Part shown: in pieces, positions 53,061 through 62,031 of the stretch
Layout: every line of letters starts with the position of its first letter
Numbering within the stretch: position 1 is the stretch's first letter
Program-made: the position numbers and the translations under genes
Origin: Candidatus Planktophila sp.
Lineage (GTDB): Bacteria > Actinomycetota > Actinomycetes > Nanopelagicales > Nanopelagicaceae
Length of the DNA: 64,000 bases
Direction of reading: 5' to 3'
NCBI GenBank assembly: GCA_964203745.1
Contig: CAXNOC010000001.1
Span: 6,430-70,429, forward strand
Notes under the pieces: model-generated
The model's input: the letters and a program-made list of their open reading frames with translations, nothing else
Told to the model about the DNA's origin: nothing
Database searches by the model: none

Positions 53061-54507
53061 TCCAAAGGGTTTCATCACAACGCCACGCGAAGTTCCAACT
53101 CGCCGTCCGGTAGATGTGCGCATTCAAGATTGGCGCGAAGTCTATGAACCACAAAGTTTTGAGCACCTACAAAAGCAGGCGGGCCGTTGTATGGACTGCG
53201 GTATTCCATTCTGCCACTCTGGTTGTCCCCTCGGAAATCTCATTCCTGAGTGGAACGATTTAATATGGCGCGGGGATACTCACGAGGCCATTAACCGACT
53301 TCATGCAACTAATAATTTTCCTGAGTTCACGGGTCGGCTTTGCCCGGCACCGTGTGAGACGGCCTGTGTTGTAGGGATAAATCGTGATGCCGTCACAATC
53401 AAGCAAGTTGAACTTCGCACCATAGAAGAGGCCTTTGCAACTGGAGATGTAAAGCCACTCATACCGGATCGAATATCTGGAAAGACTGTTGCAGTTATAG
53501 GTTCAGGCCCAGCCGGACTTGCTGCGGCTCAGCAGTTAACTCGTGCAGGTCACACGGTCGTTGTTTATGAGCGCGCGGCGAAAATAGGTGGCCTGCTTCG
53601 CTACGGAATTCCAGAGTTTAAAATGGAGAAGCACATTCTTGATCGACGTCTTGAGCAAATGGAGCGGGAGGGAACTCGTTTTCGCCCTAATGTAGATATT
53701 GGGGTAGAGCTCACAGGGTCTGCATTGCGAAAGAAATTTGATGCGATAGTTGTGGCAGTTGGAGCGACAAAGTGGCGCGACCTTAATATTGTGGGTCGAG
53801 AGTTAATCGGCGTCTACCAGGCAATGGAGTTTCTACCGTGGGGCAACAAGCAGGCACTCGGTGAGGTAGAAGTACCACCAATTAATGTTGCTGGAAAACA
53901 TGTAGTGATCTTGGGTGGCGGTGATACCGGCGCAGACTGTCTTGGAACATCCATTCGTCAAGGCGCAGCCAGCATTACTCAACTAGAAATCATGCCAAGA
54001 CCAAGTGATGAAAGGCCTTCCTCTCAACCATGGCCGACATATCCAATGATTTACCGTGTATCCAGTGCCCACGAGGAGAAAGATAATCGCATTTTCTCAG
54101 TCAGTACTGAAGAGTTTCTAGGCGACGAGTTTGGAAATGTACGAGCTATACGGATTGTCGAGACTGAATTAGTTAATGGAAAATTCGTATCTGTGCCAGG
54201 GACTGAAAGAGAGATTGCCGCTGATTTTGTGTTCTTGGCAATGGGTTTCACTGGTCCCGAGCAATCACCGTTGCTTACGCAGCTAGAGGTAGAGATTGAC
54301 GATCGCGGCAACATAGTTCGTGATGCAAACTTTGCAGCAAATGAAGATGGTGTATTTATTGCCGGTGATGCTGGTCGCGGTCAGTCACTAATTGTTTGGG
54401 CTATTGCAGAAGGTAGAAGTGCTGCATCTGCAGTAGATAGATATCTCACTGGCGATACTCAGCTTCCAAATCCAATTGAACCCACTACCCGTCAGTTGAT
54501 GGTTTAA
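53053..54507 (+). CDS. gltD: Glutamate synthase small subunit
   Basis: [33 protein letters not shown] and [11 protein letters not shown]. Confidence 0.97.
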   Translation: MADPKGFITTPREVPTRRPVDVRIQDWREVYEPQSFEHLQKQAGRCMDCGIPFCHSGCPLGNLIPEWNDLIWRGDTHEAINRLHATNNFPEFTGRLCPAPCETACVVGINRDAVTIKQVELRTIEEAFATGDVKPLIPDRISGKTVAVIGSGPAGLAAAQQLTRAGHTVVVYERAAKIGGLLRYGIPEFKMEKHILDRRLEQMEREGTRFRPNVDIGVELTGSALRKKFDAIVVAVGATKWRDLNIVGRELIGVYQAMEFLPWGNKQALGEVEVPPINVAGKHVVILGGGDTGADCLGTSIRQGAASITQLEIMPRPSDERPSSQPWPTYPMIYRVSSAHEEKDNRIFSVSTEEFLGDEFGNVRAIRIVETELVNGKFVSVPGTEREIAADFVFLAMGFTGPEQSPLLTQLEVEIDDRGNIVRDANFAANEDGVFIAGDAGRGQSLIVWAIAEGRSAASAVDRYLTGDTQLPNPIEPTTRQLMV

Positions 54508-54516
54508 GGTTGTCAT

Positions 54517-55956
54517 ATGCGTAGAGCGAAAATAGTGTGCACGATGGGTCCTGCAGTTGAAACTCCAGAGAAAGTTAAAGAGCTCATTGATGCTGGAATG
54601 AATATGGCGAGATTGAATCTTTCGCATGGCTCATACAAGGAGCACCAACTCAGGCTTGATCAGGTGAGGGCAGCAGCTAAAGCAGCAGGGCGCCCCGTTG
54701 CAATCCTTGTAGATCTTCAAGGACCAAAGATTCGTCTTGCTCGTTTTATTGCCGGGCCACATGAGTTGGCTCGAGGGGATATTTTTACGATTACGACCGA
54801 TGAGGTCGAAGGCACTAAGGAGCGCGTGGGCACCACCTACAAAGGGCTTCCTGGAGATTGCAAACCAGGGGATTACATACTGATAGATGATGGAAAAGTA
54901 ACGGTTCAAGTCATTGAGGTTAAAGGTAACGATGTAATTACCAAGGTCACTGAACCTGGGGCAGTAAGCAATAACAAGGGAATTAATCTTCCAGGGGTTG
55001 CTGTCTCTGTGCCGGCGATGTCAGATAAAGATATTGAAGATCTACGGTGGGGACTTCGTGCGGGGGCTGATTTTATTGCTCTCTCATTTGTTCGAGATGC
55101 GGCAGACATTAAAGATGTACACAAGATTATGGATGAAGAAGGTATTCGACTTCCGGTAATTGCCAAGATCGAAAAACCCCAAGCTGTAGCAAACATTGCC
55201 GAAATTGTTGATGCATTCGACGGCATTATGGTGGCCCGTGGTGACTTAGGCGTTGAACTCCCAATTGAGGACGTACCGCTAGTACAAAAACTCTGCGTTG
55301 AGCTTGCTCGCGATATGGCAAAGCCCGTCATTGTTGCAACACAGATGCTTGAATCAATGATTACTAACTCTCGTCCAACTCGTGCCGAAGCCACTGACTG
55401 CGCAAATGCGGTTCTAGATGGGGCAGATGCATTGATGCTCTCTGGCGAAACTAGCATTGGGGCATTTCCGATAGAGGCCGTTCAAACCATGGCACGTATC
55501 ATTCAAAAGACCGAAGAGGGTGGCCTGGATCGAATCCGTCCGATTAAAACCCCACCGCGCACTAAGGGTGGTGCCATTACTAAGGCGGCCACCGAAGTTG
55601 GCGCAATCGTTGATGCTAAATATCTAGTTGCATTTACACAAAGTGGAGACTCAGCAAGAAGGATGTCCCGCCTTCGCTCACCTATTCCAATCCTTGCAAT
55701 GACTCCAGAGCCAGGAACATTTAATCGTTTGGCGCTTTCATGGGGTGTCGAATCGATGTTGACGCCTGTTGTTGGGGCAACTGATGAAATGGTGAAAATA
55801 GTCGACTCGGCGCTGATCGACTCTGGGCGCGCGCATATCGGCGATAACGTGATGATTGTCGCTGGCTCTCCACCTGGAATACCAGGCTCCACAAATGCCC
55901 TGCGGGTGCACGTTGTTGGCGATGCCGTTGGTGGCGCCGCACCTGCCTACCGCTAA
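54517..55956 (+). CDS. pyk: Pyruvate kinase
   Basis: KIVCTMGPA, RLNLSHG, DLQGPKIR, MVARGDLGVE and ATQMLESM. Confidence 0.98.
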   Translation: MRRAKIVCTMGPAVETPEKVKELIDAGMNMARLNLSHGSYKEHQLRLDQVRAAAKAAGRPVAILVDLQGPKIRLARFIAGPHELARGDIFTITTDEVEGTKERVGTTYKGLPGDCKPGDYILIDDGKVTVQVIEVKGNDVITKVTEPGAVSNNKGINLPGVAVSVPAMSDKDIEDLRWGLRAGADFIALSFVRDAADIKDVHKIMDEEGIRLPVIAKIEKPQAVANIAEIVDAFDGIMVARGDLGVELPIEDVPLVQKLCVELARDMAKPVIVATQMLESMITNSRPTRAEATDCANAVLDGADALMLSGETSIGAFPIEAVQTMARIIQKTEEGGLDRIRPIKTPPRTKGGAITKAATEVGAIVDAKYLVAFTQSGDSARRMSRLRSPIPILAMTPEPGTFNRLALSWGVESMLTPVVGATDEMVKIVDSALIDSGRAHIGDNVMIVAGSPPGIPGSTNALRVHVVGDAVGGAAPAYR

Positions 55957-55970
55957 GATTCATTCGTAGC

Positions 55971-56043
55971 GCCTCGGTACTCCAACGGTAGAGAGGGCAG
56001 TCTCAAACACTGCATAGTGTCGGTTCGAATCCGACTCGAGGCA
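55971..56043 (+). tRNA. tRNA-Leu (CAA), short variable loop, CCA not encoded
   Basis: Acceptor GCCTCGG/TCGAGGC-A, anticodon arm GCAGT-CTCAAAC-ACTGC, T arm GTCGG-TTCGAAT-CCGAC. Confidence 0.93.
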
Positions 56044-56081
56044 CAATAACGACATTTATATTCTGAAAGGCGCAATTGGAC

Positions 56082-56657
56082 ATGAGCGTTCGAATTCTCG
56101 TTGCTGAAGACGAAGCGCTCATCCGTATGGATTTAGTTGAAATGTTGCAAGGCGCCGGATATGAAGTCGTTGCCGAGGCTACCAATGGCCAAGAGGCTGT
56201 TGAGTTAACGCAGCTTCATAAACCCGATCTTGCAATACTAGATGTCAAGATGCCGGTGTTGGATGGAATCTCTGCGGCGGAAAAAATTATTTCCTTAGCT
56301 CCCGTTTTAATGCTCACTGCTTTTTCTCAAAAAGAGCTCATCGATCGCGCCCGTGATGCCGGAGTCATGGCCTATGTGGTTAAGCCTTTTACGATCTCAG
56401 ATTTAATTCCGGCAATTGAGATTGCAATTAGTAGGCACCTGCAAATGCGCTCATTGGCCGATGAGGTCGCGGATTTACATGAGCGCCTTGAAACACGTAA
56501 GTTGATCGATCGCGCAAAAGGTATTTTGATGAAGGCGCTTAACTTGTCAGAGCCCGAGGCTTTTTCATGGATTCAGCGGGCGGCAATGGATAGGCGGATG
56601 AGCATGAAGGCTGTAGCCGCCGCCGTTATTAGCCCCGATGCCGTGCCGCTGGACTAG
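56082..56657 (+). CDS. pdtaR: ANTAR-domain response regulator (PdtaR/Rv1626-like)
   Basis: Receiver (AEDE, LDVKMP, TAFS, KPF) plus ANTAR (LETRKLIDRAKGILM...EAF.WIQRAAMDRR). Confidence 0.92.
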   Translation: MSVRILVAEDEALIRMDLVEMLQGAGYEVVAEATNGQEAVELTQLHKPDLAILDVKMPVLDGISAAEKIISLAPVLMLTAFSQKELIDRARDAGVMAYVVKPFTISDLIPAIEIAISRHLQMRSLADEVADLHERLETRKLIDRAKGILMKALNLSEPEAFSWIQRAAMDRRMSMKAVAAAVISPDAVPLD

Positions 56658-56726
56658 ACCCTCAGCAGTGGAGCGCCAGCACCGCGCTTTATAACGAAAT
56701 CGAAACATTCAAAGCCCATTTTTATC

Positions 56727-56778
56727 TTGTTATGTGAGGTTGTTGCGAATATCCTCAACACCTCCCTGTCCCGGGACA
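56727..56778 (+). promoter_or_regulatory. Sigma70-type promoter plus palindrome upstream of the first SBP
   Basis: TTGTTA-N17-TATCCT, then CTCCCTGTCCCGGGACA; the same arrangement recurs at 61956-62007. Confidence 0.6.
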
Positions 56779-56800
56779 ACAAGAACAGGAAAGGCAATTC

Positions 56801-58069
56801 ATGAAAAAACGCTTTCGCGTGTTAAGTGTTGCAGCCGCAGTTTCAATGGTGGTAGCAGGACTTGCAGTAGTACCTGTTGCAACTAATGCAGCAACAGTTC
56901 TTACAATTTCGACAGATCTACCTCTTCAGGGTTCATCTTTCGACTCAAATGATTCAACAAACAAAGCCATTGCTTTGTACCTAAAGCAGATCAAGTACAA
57001 GGCTGGAAAGTACACAGTCAAGCTAAAGATTTATGACAATGCGACAGCTGCCAAGGGTGGCTGGGATGATGCAAAGTGCGCGGCGAATGCTCAAGCACAC
57101 GTTGCTAACAAGAGCGAAGTTGCCGTTATGGGAACTTATAACTCAGGTTGCGCAAAGATTATCGTTCCAATTCTTAACCAGGCTCCAGGTGGAGCAATGA
57201 CAATGATTTCAAACGCCAACACAAACCCTGGTCTAACCAAGGTATGGAACCCAGGCGAGCCAGATGTTTACTATCCAAAGGGCATCCGCAACTACGCACG
57301 CGTTTGCACAACTGATGATATTCAGGGATCTGCAGCTGCACAGTTTGCAAAGTCAATTGGCGTCAAGAGTGTTTATGTTCTAAACGACACACAGACCTAT
57401 GGTCAAGGTGTTGGACAGGCATTTACAACTGAGGCAAAGAAGATCGGACTAAACGTTCTATCAAGTGGCGCATACGGCGAAGGCTGGGATGCTAAGCAGT
57501 CTTCATACGAAGCTTTGTTTACAAAGATCGCTGCTTTGAAGCCAGATATGGTTTACATCGCAGGAATCTTCGACAACAACGGTGGACAGCTTGTTAAGGA
57601 CAAAGTAAAGGTCCTTGGCAACAACACTGTCGTAAAGATGATGGCTCCAGATGGATTCACTGGTTACCCAGACTTTAACTCAATGCCAGAAGCAGAGGGT
57701 GCTTACCTATCATTTGCTGGACTTTCAACTGAACTCCTTTTGAAGAACTCACCAAAGGGAGCAGGCGCACAGTTCATCAAGGCTTACAAGGCTGAGTACA
57801 AGAAAGATCCAATTGGCTCATACCCAATCTACGGCGTTGCAGCAGTCCAGGTTATCTTGGCAGCTCTTGCAAAGTCAGATGGAACCCGTAAGGGCCTTAC
57901 AAACGCCATCTTCTCAGGCGCTGGAATCACAATTCCAGCTGGACAGTCTGTACTCGGAAAGGCGCTAACAATTAGCACACTTTCAGGAGACACATTGGCT
58001 AAGGACATCACCATTGAGGTAGTCAAGGGTGGTCAAGAGACAACAGTGAAGGCTTGGACAGTTAAGTAG
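56801..58069 (+). CDS. livK: Branched-chain amino acid (Liv-type) ABC substrate-binding protein 1
   Basis: Signal peptide, GTYNSG, ARVCTTDDIQG, YGQG and PDGF; heads the livHMGF operon. Confidence 0.88.
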   Translation: MKKRFRVLSVAAAVSMVVAGLAVVPVATNAATVLTISTDLPLQGSSFDSNDSTNKAIALYLKQIKYKAGKYTVKLKIYDNATAAKGGWDDAKCAANAQAHVANKSEVAVMGTYNSGCAKIIVPILNQAPGGAMTMISNANTNPGLTKVWNPGEPDVYYPKGIRNYARVCTTDDIQGSAAAQFAKSIGVKSVYVLNDTQTYGQGVGQAFTTEAKKIGLNVLSSGAYGEGWDAKQSSYEALFTKIAALKPDMVYIAGIFDNNGGQLVKDKVKVLGNNTVVKMMAPDGFTGYPDFNSMPEAEGAYLSFAGLSTELLLKNSPKGAGAQFIKAYKAEYKKDPIGSYPIYGVAAVQVILAALAKSDGTRKGLTNAIFSGAGITIPAGQSVLGKALTISTLSGDTLAKDITIEVVKGGQETTVKAWTVK

Positions 58070-58087
58070 TCCAAGTATCTGATTGAT

Positions 58088-58126
58088 AAAGTGAAGGAGT
58101 GGGCCAAAACCCACTCCTTCACTTTT
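58088..58126 (+). terminator. 16-bp perfect stem-loop after SBP1 (terminator or mRNA stabiliser)
   Basis: AAAGTGAAGGAGTGGG-CCAAAA-CCCACTCCTTCACTTT-T. Confidence 0.8.
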
Positions 58127-58184
58127 AATCTTTGCCTGCAATACAATGTTTTTATACAGTGTTAAGAAACTTAGGAGTCCATAC

Positions 58185-59225
58185 GTGTCATTATTTATTG
58201 GCGGTTACCAAGCCCGGCAGTTGCGAAGACGTTACCTTGAGCGAACATTAACCACCGTTGCAACTTTCGGTATTTTGTTCTGGCTCGGTATTAACTTCGT
58301 TAAGTCGCCTTCGCAGTTCTTTCAAGCCTCAATTATTGGCCTGAGCAACGGTGTTCTCTATGCCTTGATCGCCCTCGGATACACACTTGTTTACGGCATC
58401 ATCGAACTCATTAACTTTGCTCATGGCGATCTCTTTATGCTAGCTGCAGTTTTCTCTGCTAACTTCATCACGATTTGGTTTAACAAAGACTCATCTGGCC
58501 CCGCTGCATGGGGAGTCTTTCTCATGTGTCTACTCTCGGTCATGCTCGTGTCAGCATCCGTTAACGTCGGCATAGAGAGATTTGCCTATAGGCGATTAAG
58601 GCGAGCGCCGAAGCTAGCACCACTTATTACAGCTGTTGGAGTCTCATTTGTTCTGCAGTTCATTGGTCTTCGCTGGAATGGATCAGGACCTAAGACGTGG
58701 AACAGCGTGCTTCCTGCAGGAAGACTAGAATTCGCTGGTGTATATATTCCTTACACAACTATTATCTCTTTCGTAGTAACAATTCCACTTCTTCTCTTAA
58801 TGTCGTGGATTGTTACTCGCACGCGTCAAGGCAAGGCGATGCGTGCAACTGCTCAGGATCAAGATGCAGCGCGCTTAATGGGTATAAATGTTGATCGTAC
58901 GATTTCATTTACCTTCGCACTTGGAGGCGCACTTGCGGGGGCTGCGGGACTTCTTTTTCAGCAGACTCGTGGATTAACAAGCTACAACTTGGGTTATCAA
59001 CTAGGTCTAATCGCATTTACTTCAGCCGTTATGGGCGGAATTGGTAATTTACAGGGCGCAGTTCTCGGGGCTCTACTCATCGGATTAATTCAAGGTCTCA
59101 ATGATGGACTACCAATCGGACTAGGTCAGCAGTGGTCACAGACCGTCGTATTCTCAATTTTGATTCTATTGATGGCCTTTAAACCAACAGGCCTTCTTGG
59201 AAAAGCAGTTACGGAAAAGGTGTGA
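58185..59225 (+). CDS. livH: Liv-type ABC permease LivH
   Basis: YALIALGYTLVYGII.LINFAHGD, GKAMRA.AQD..AA.LMGIN and GGIG. Start reset to the GTG at 58185, after AGGAG. Confidence 0.93.
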   Translation: MSLFIGGYQARQLRRRYLERTLTTVATFGILFWLGINFVKSPSQFFQASIIGLSNGVLYALIALGYTLVYGIIELINFAHGDLFMLAAVFSANFITIWFNKDSSGPAAWGVFLMCLLSVMLVSASVNVGIERFAYRRLRRAPKLAPLITAVGVSFVLQFIGLRWNGSGPKTWNSVLPAGRLEFAGVYIPYTTIISFVVTIPLLLLMSWIVTRTRQGKAMRATAQDQDAARLMGINVDRTISFTFALGGALAGAAGLLFQQTRGLTSYNLGYQLGLIAFTSAVMGGIGNLQGAVLGALLIGLIQGLNDGLPIGLGQQWSQTVVFSILILLMAFKPTGLLGKAVTEKV

Positions 59226-60400
59226 TCATGAAGTTAAAGAAATCAAAGCTTCCTAAGCAGGGCGCAAGCCATAAGAAATGGGCGATTGGTTTTAGTATCG
59301 CCGCGCTCGTAATTTGGTTCTTCTACGCCTTCGTGATGTACAACCTTCCTGAAGGTCCACAAACGATTTTCCAGAACTGGTTGCCACCAACAACTGTTAA
59401 TGAGGCCATGGTCTGGGTGATCTGCGCCCTTGGATTAAATATTGTCGTTGGTTATGCAGGACTTCTAGATCTAGGTTTTGTGGCTTTCTGGGCGATCGGG
59501 GGATATACGGCCGGTTGGTTTATGTCCACATTCTTCCGACAGGTCAACTTCCACTTCTTCTCTTCTCCTGATGCTGCTGATCAACCTGGTATTCACGTGA
59601 GTTTCTGGGGAGTCCTCCTTATCGGTGGAATCATCTGCGCAATATTTGGAATCATTATCGGTGCGCCGACCCTACGACTAAAGAGTGATTATTTAGCTCT
59701 AGTTACCTTGGGCTTTGGTGAAATTATTCCTCAGGTCTTTACTAATGGTGAAAATATTGGCGGTTTCAATCTATCTAATGGAACCAAGGGAATCTCTCCG
59801 ATTGATAACGTTTCACTCCCTGGAAAAATTCTTGGACCCTTTGACTTTAGCTGGAAATTTGCAATTTTCGTATTCCTTACAGCTGTTATGGTCTTTGTTT
59901 CATTGAGACTTCGTAAAGGCCGCTTGGGCCGCGCATGGCTTGCCATTCGCGAGGATGAGTTAGCTGCCAGCATGATGGGTGTTGCGCTTATGCCAACTAA
60001 GTTAGCAGCGTATGCAGTAGGTGCATTTAGCGGTGGAGTCGGTGGAGTTGCATTTGCAACACACGTCAATGGAATCTTTGCCGATCGCTTCAATTTCTCT
60101 ATCTCGATTATTTTGCTAGCCATGGTAGTTCTTGGTGGTATGGGAAATGTGTGGGGCGTTATGGTCGGAGCGCTGCTTATTGCTTGGATTAACTCAACTG
60201 GACTTCCAGCCTTTGGCGATCTGGTCAACAACAGCTTTGGAACGACGATTAACTTTCCGTCATATAACTTCCTTCTCTTTGGTGGCGTTCTCATCCTGAT
60301 GATGCTCTACAAGCGAGAAGGCCTGATCCCAGAGTCCAGACTCAAAGCGATTTTGCATGAGACAGATGATGAAACTTCGAACCTAGGGGGGCATCACTAA
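59222..60400 (+). CDS. livM: Liv-type ABC permease LivM
   Basis: GLNIVVGYAGLLDLG, LRLKSDYLALVTLGFGE, GRAWLAIREDE and VVLGGMG. Confidence 0.93.
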   Translation: MIMKLKKSKLPKQGASHKKWAIGFSIAALVIWFFYAFVMYNLPEGPQTIFQNWLPPTTVNEAMVWVICALGLNIVVGYAGLLDLGFVAFWAIGGYTAGWFMSTFFRQVNFHFFSSPDAADQPGIHVSFWGVLLIGGIICAIFGIIIGAPTLRLKSDYLALVTLGFGEIIPQVFTNGENIGGFNLSNGTKGISPIDNVSLPGKILGPFDFSWKFAIFVFLTAVMVFVSLRLRKGRLGRAWLAIREDELAASMMGVALMPTKLAAYAVGAFSGGVGGVAFATHVNGIFADRFNFSISIILLAMVVLGGMGNVWGVMVGALLIAWINSTGLPAFGDLVNNSFGTTINFPSYNFLLFGGVLILMMLYKREGLIPESRLKAILHETDDETSNLGGHH

Positions 60401-61179
60401 TGACTAGTGCACTGCTTGCAAAAGATATAACCGTTAAATTTGGCGGACTAACCGCCGTTAACAATGTAACTTTCGATATTCCACAGGGCAAGATTGTTAG
60501 TTTGATCGGTCCTAATGGCGCCGGTAAGACAACATTCTTTAACGTTCTAACCGGTTTGTACAAGCCAACGAGTGGAAATGTTCTATTTGGTGAGGAAGAC
60601 ATCACCGCTAGACCTCCTCATAAAATTGCCGCCGCCGGCGTTGCCAGAACTTTCCAAAATATTCGCCTCTTTGGTCTCATGACTGCAGAAGAGAATGTCA
60701 TGGTGGCGATGCACTCACATATGAAGGCTGGAATCATTGCAACAATTATCGGTACACCTGGACAGCGCCGAGAAGAGAAGCAGGCACGTGAAGATGCTCG
60801 TCGCCTTCTAGATTTCGTAGGAATTGGAAAGATGGCAGGGGAGTATGCGCGAAATCTCTCTTACGGAGATCAGCGTCGACTTGAGGTCGCACGTGCACTT
60901 GCATTAAAGCCGAAGGTCCTTCTATTAGACGAGCCGACCGCTGGCATGAATCCTCAAGAATCTCTAACTTTCATTAACTTTGTCTACAAACTTCGAGATG
61001 AGCAAGATGTTTCAATTCTCTTGATCGAACATGACATGAGCGTTGTTATGTCAGTATCTGAGCGGGTTACAGTTCTCGATCAGGGAGAAAAAATCGCTGA
61101 GGGTGCACCTGCCGACATTAAATCCAATCAACGAGTAATCGAGGCATATCTCGGTAAAGCAAAGGGTGAAAAGGCATGA
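60400..61179 (+). CDS. livG: Liv-type ABC ATPase LivG
   Basis: FGGL.AV, GPNGAGKTT, RTFQNIRLF, LSYGDQRRLE and LLLDEP. Confidence 0.94.
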   Translation: MTSALLAKDITVKFGGLTAVNNVTFDIPQGKIVSLIGPNGAGKTTFFNVLTGLYKPTSGNVLFGEEDITARPPHKIAAAGVARTFQNIRLFGLMTAEENVMVAMHSHMKAGIIATIIGTPGQRREEKQAREDARRLLDFVGIGKMAGEYARNLSYGDQRRLEVARALALKPKVLLLDEPTAGMNPQESLTFINFVYKLRDEQDVSILLIEHDMSVVMSVSERVTVLDQGEKIAEGAPADIKSNQRVIEAYLGKAKGEKA

Positions 61180-61889
61180 GCGTCCTACTTGAAGTTAAAG
61201 ATCTTAAAGTCTCATACGGTTCAATCATGGCCGTCAAGGGTCTCTCGCTTACTGTTAATCAGGGCGAGATAGTCACACTCATTGGTTCAAATGGTGCAGG
61301 TAAATCCACAACGCTCCGAACAATCTCTGGATTGCTAAAGCCAATTTCTGGCAGCATAGTTTTTGATGGCCAAGAGATTGCTGGCAAAGCTGGACATGAA
61401 ATTGTTGCGAAAGGCCTCTGCCAATCTCCTGAAGGTCGCCGAATCTTTCCTCGGATGTCAGTACGCGAAAATTTAGATCTCGGAGCCTTTCTACGTAACG
61501 ACAAGGTCGCTATTGAAGCCGATCGCGAGAGAGTATTGGATCTATTTCCAAAGCTTCGTGAGCGTTATGAGCAAAAGGGCGGAACAATGTCTGGCGGAGA
61601 GCAGCAGATGCTTGCCGTGGCTCGCGCACTTATGGGCGCTCCAAAGCTTCTTCTTCTTGATGAGCCTTCAATGGGGCTAGCCCCTGTGTTGGTCGATATG
61701 ATCTTTGAGACGATTATCAAAATTCGCGAACAAGGGATCACGATCTTGCTCATCGAACAAAATGCCGCTGCAGCATTAGATGTGGCAGATAGGGCCTATG
61801 TCCTAGAGTCGGGCCTGATAAAGATGAGCGGAGTTGCATCGGATTTAGCCAAAGATGAGGCTGTAACCAAGGCCTATCTAGGCGGTTAA
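61176..61889 (+). CDS. livF: Liv-type ABC ATPase LivF
   Basis: [35 protein letters not shown] and AYLGG. Confidence 0.94.
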   Translation: MSVLLEVKDLKVSYGSIMAVKGLSLTVNQGEIVTLIGSNGAGKSTTLRTISGLLKPISGSIVFDGQEIAGKAGHEIVAKGLCQSPEGRRIFPRMSVRENLDLGAFLRNDKVAIEADRERVLDLFPKLRERYEQKGGTMSGGEQQMLAVARALMGAPKLLLLDEPSMGLAPVLVDMIFETIIKIREQGITILLIEQNAAAALDVADRAYVLESGLIKMSGVASDLAKDEAVTKAYLGG

Positions 61890-61955
61890 TCCGGGGGGGC
61901 AAGGGCCCCGCGTCGATTTTGTTATACAAAAGAGTCTCAAATACCTCAATTACGG

Positions 61956-62007
61956 TTGTTATTGCCTCGCCCAACCCTTACGCTTACGCGCTCCCTGTTT
62001 CGGGACA
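61956..62007 (+). promoter_or_regulatory. Sigma70-type promoter plus palindrome upstream of the second SBP
   Basis: TTGTTA-N17-TACGCT, then CTCCCTGTTTCGGGACA; mirrors 56727-56778. Confidence 0.6.
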
Positions 62008-62031
62008 TCAAAATCTATCGGAAGGCTTTAC

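Noticed and set aside
55971-56100. tRNA as an integration site for an island
   Set aside because: No integrase or duplicated tRNA 3' end seen; pyk-tRNA-ANTAR-liv is ordinary actinobacterial synteny.
58088-58126. Hexaloop terminator as an ANTAR antitermination target
   Set aside because: The loop CCAAAA lacks the A1/G4 signature and no tandem hairpin pair is present.
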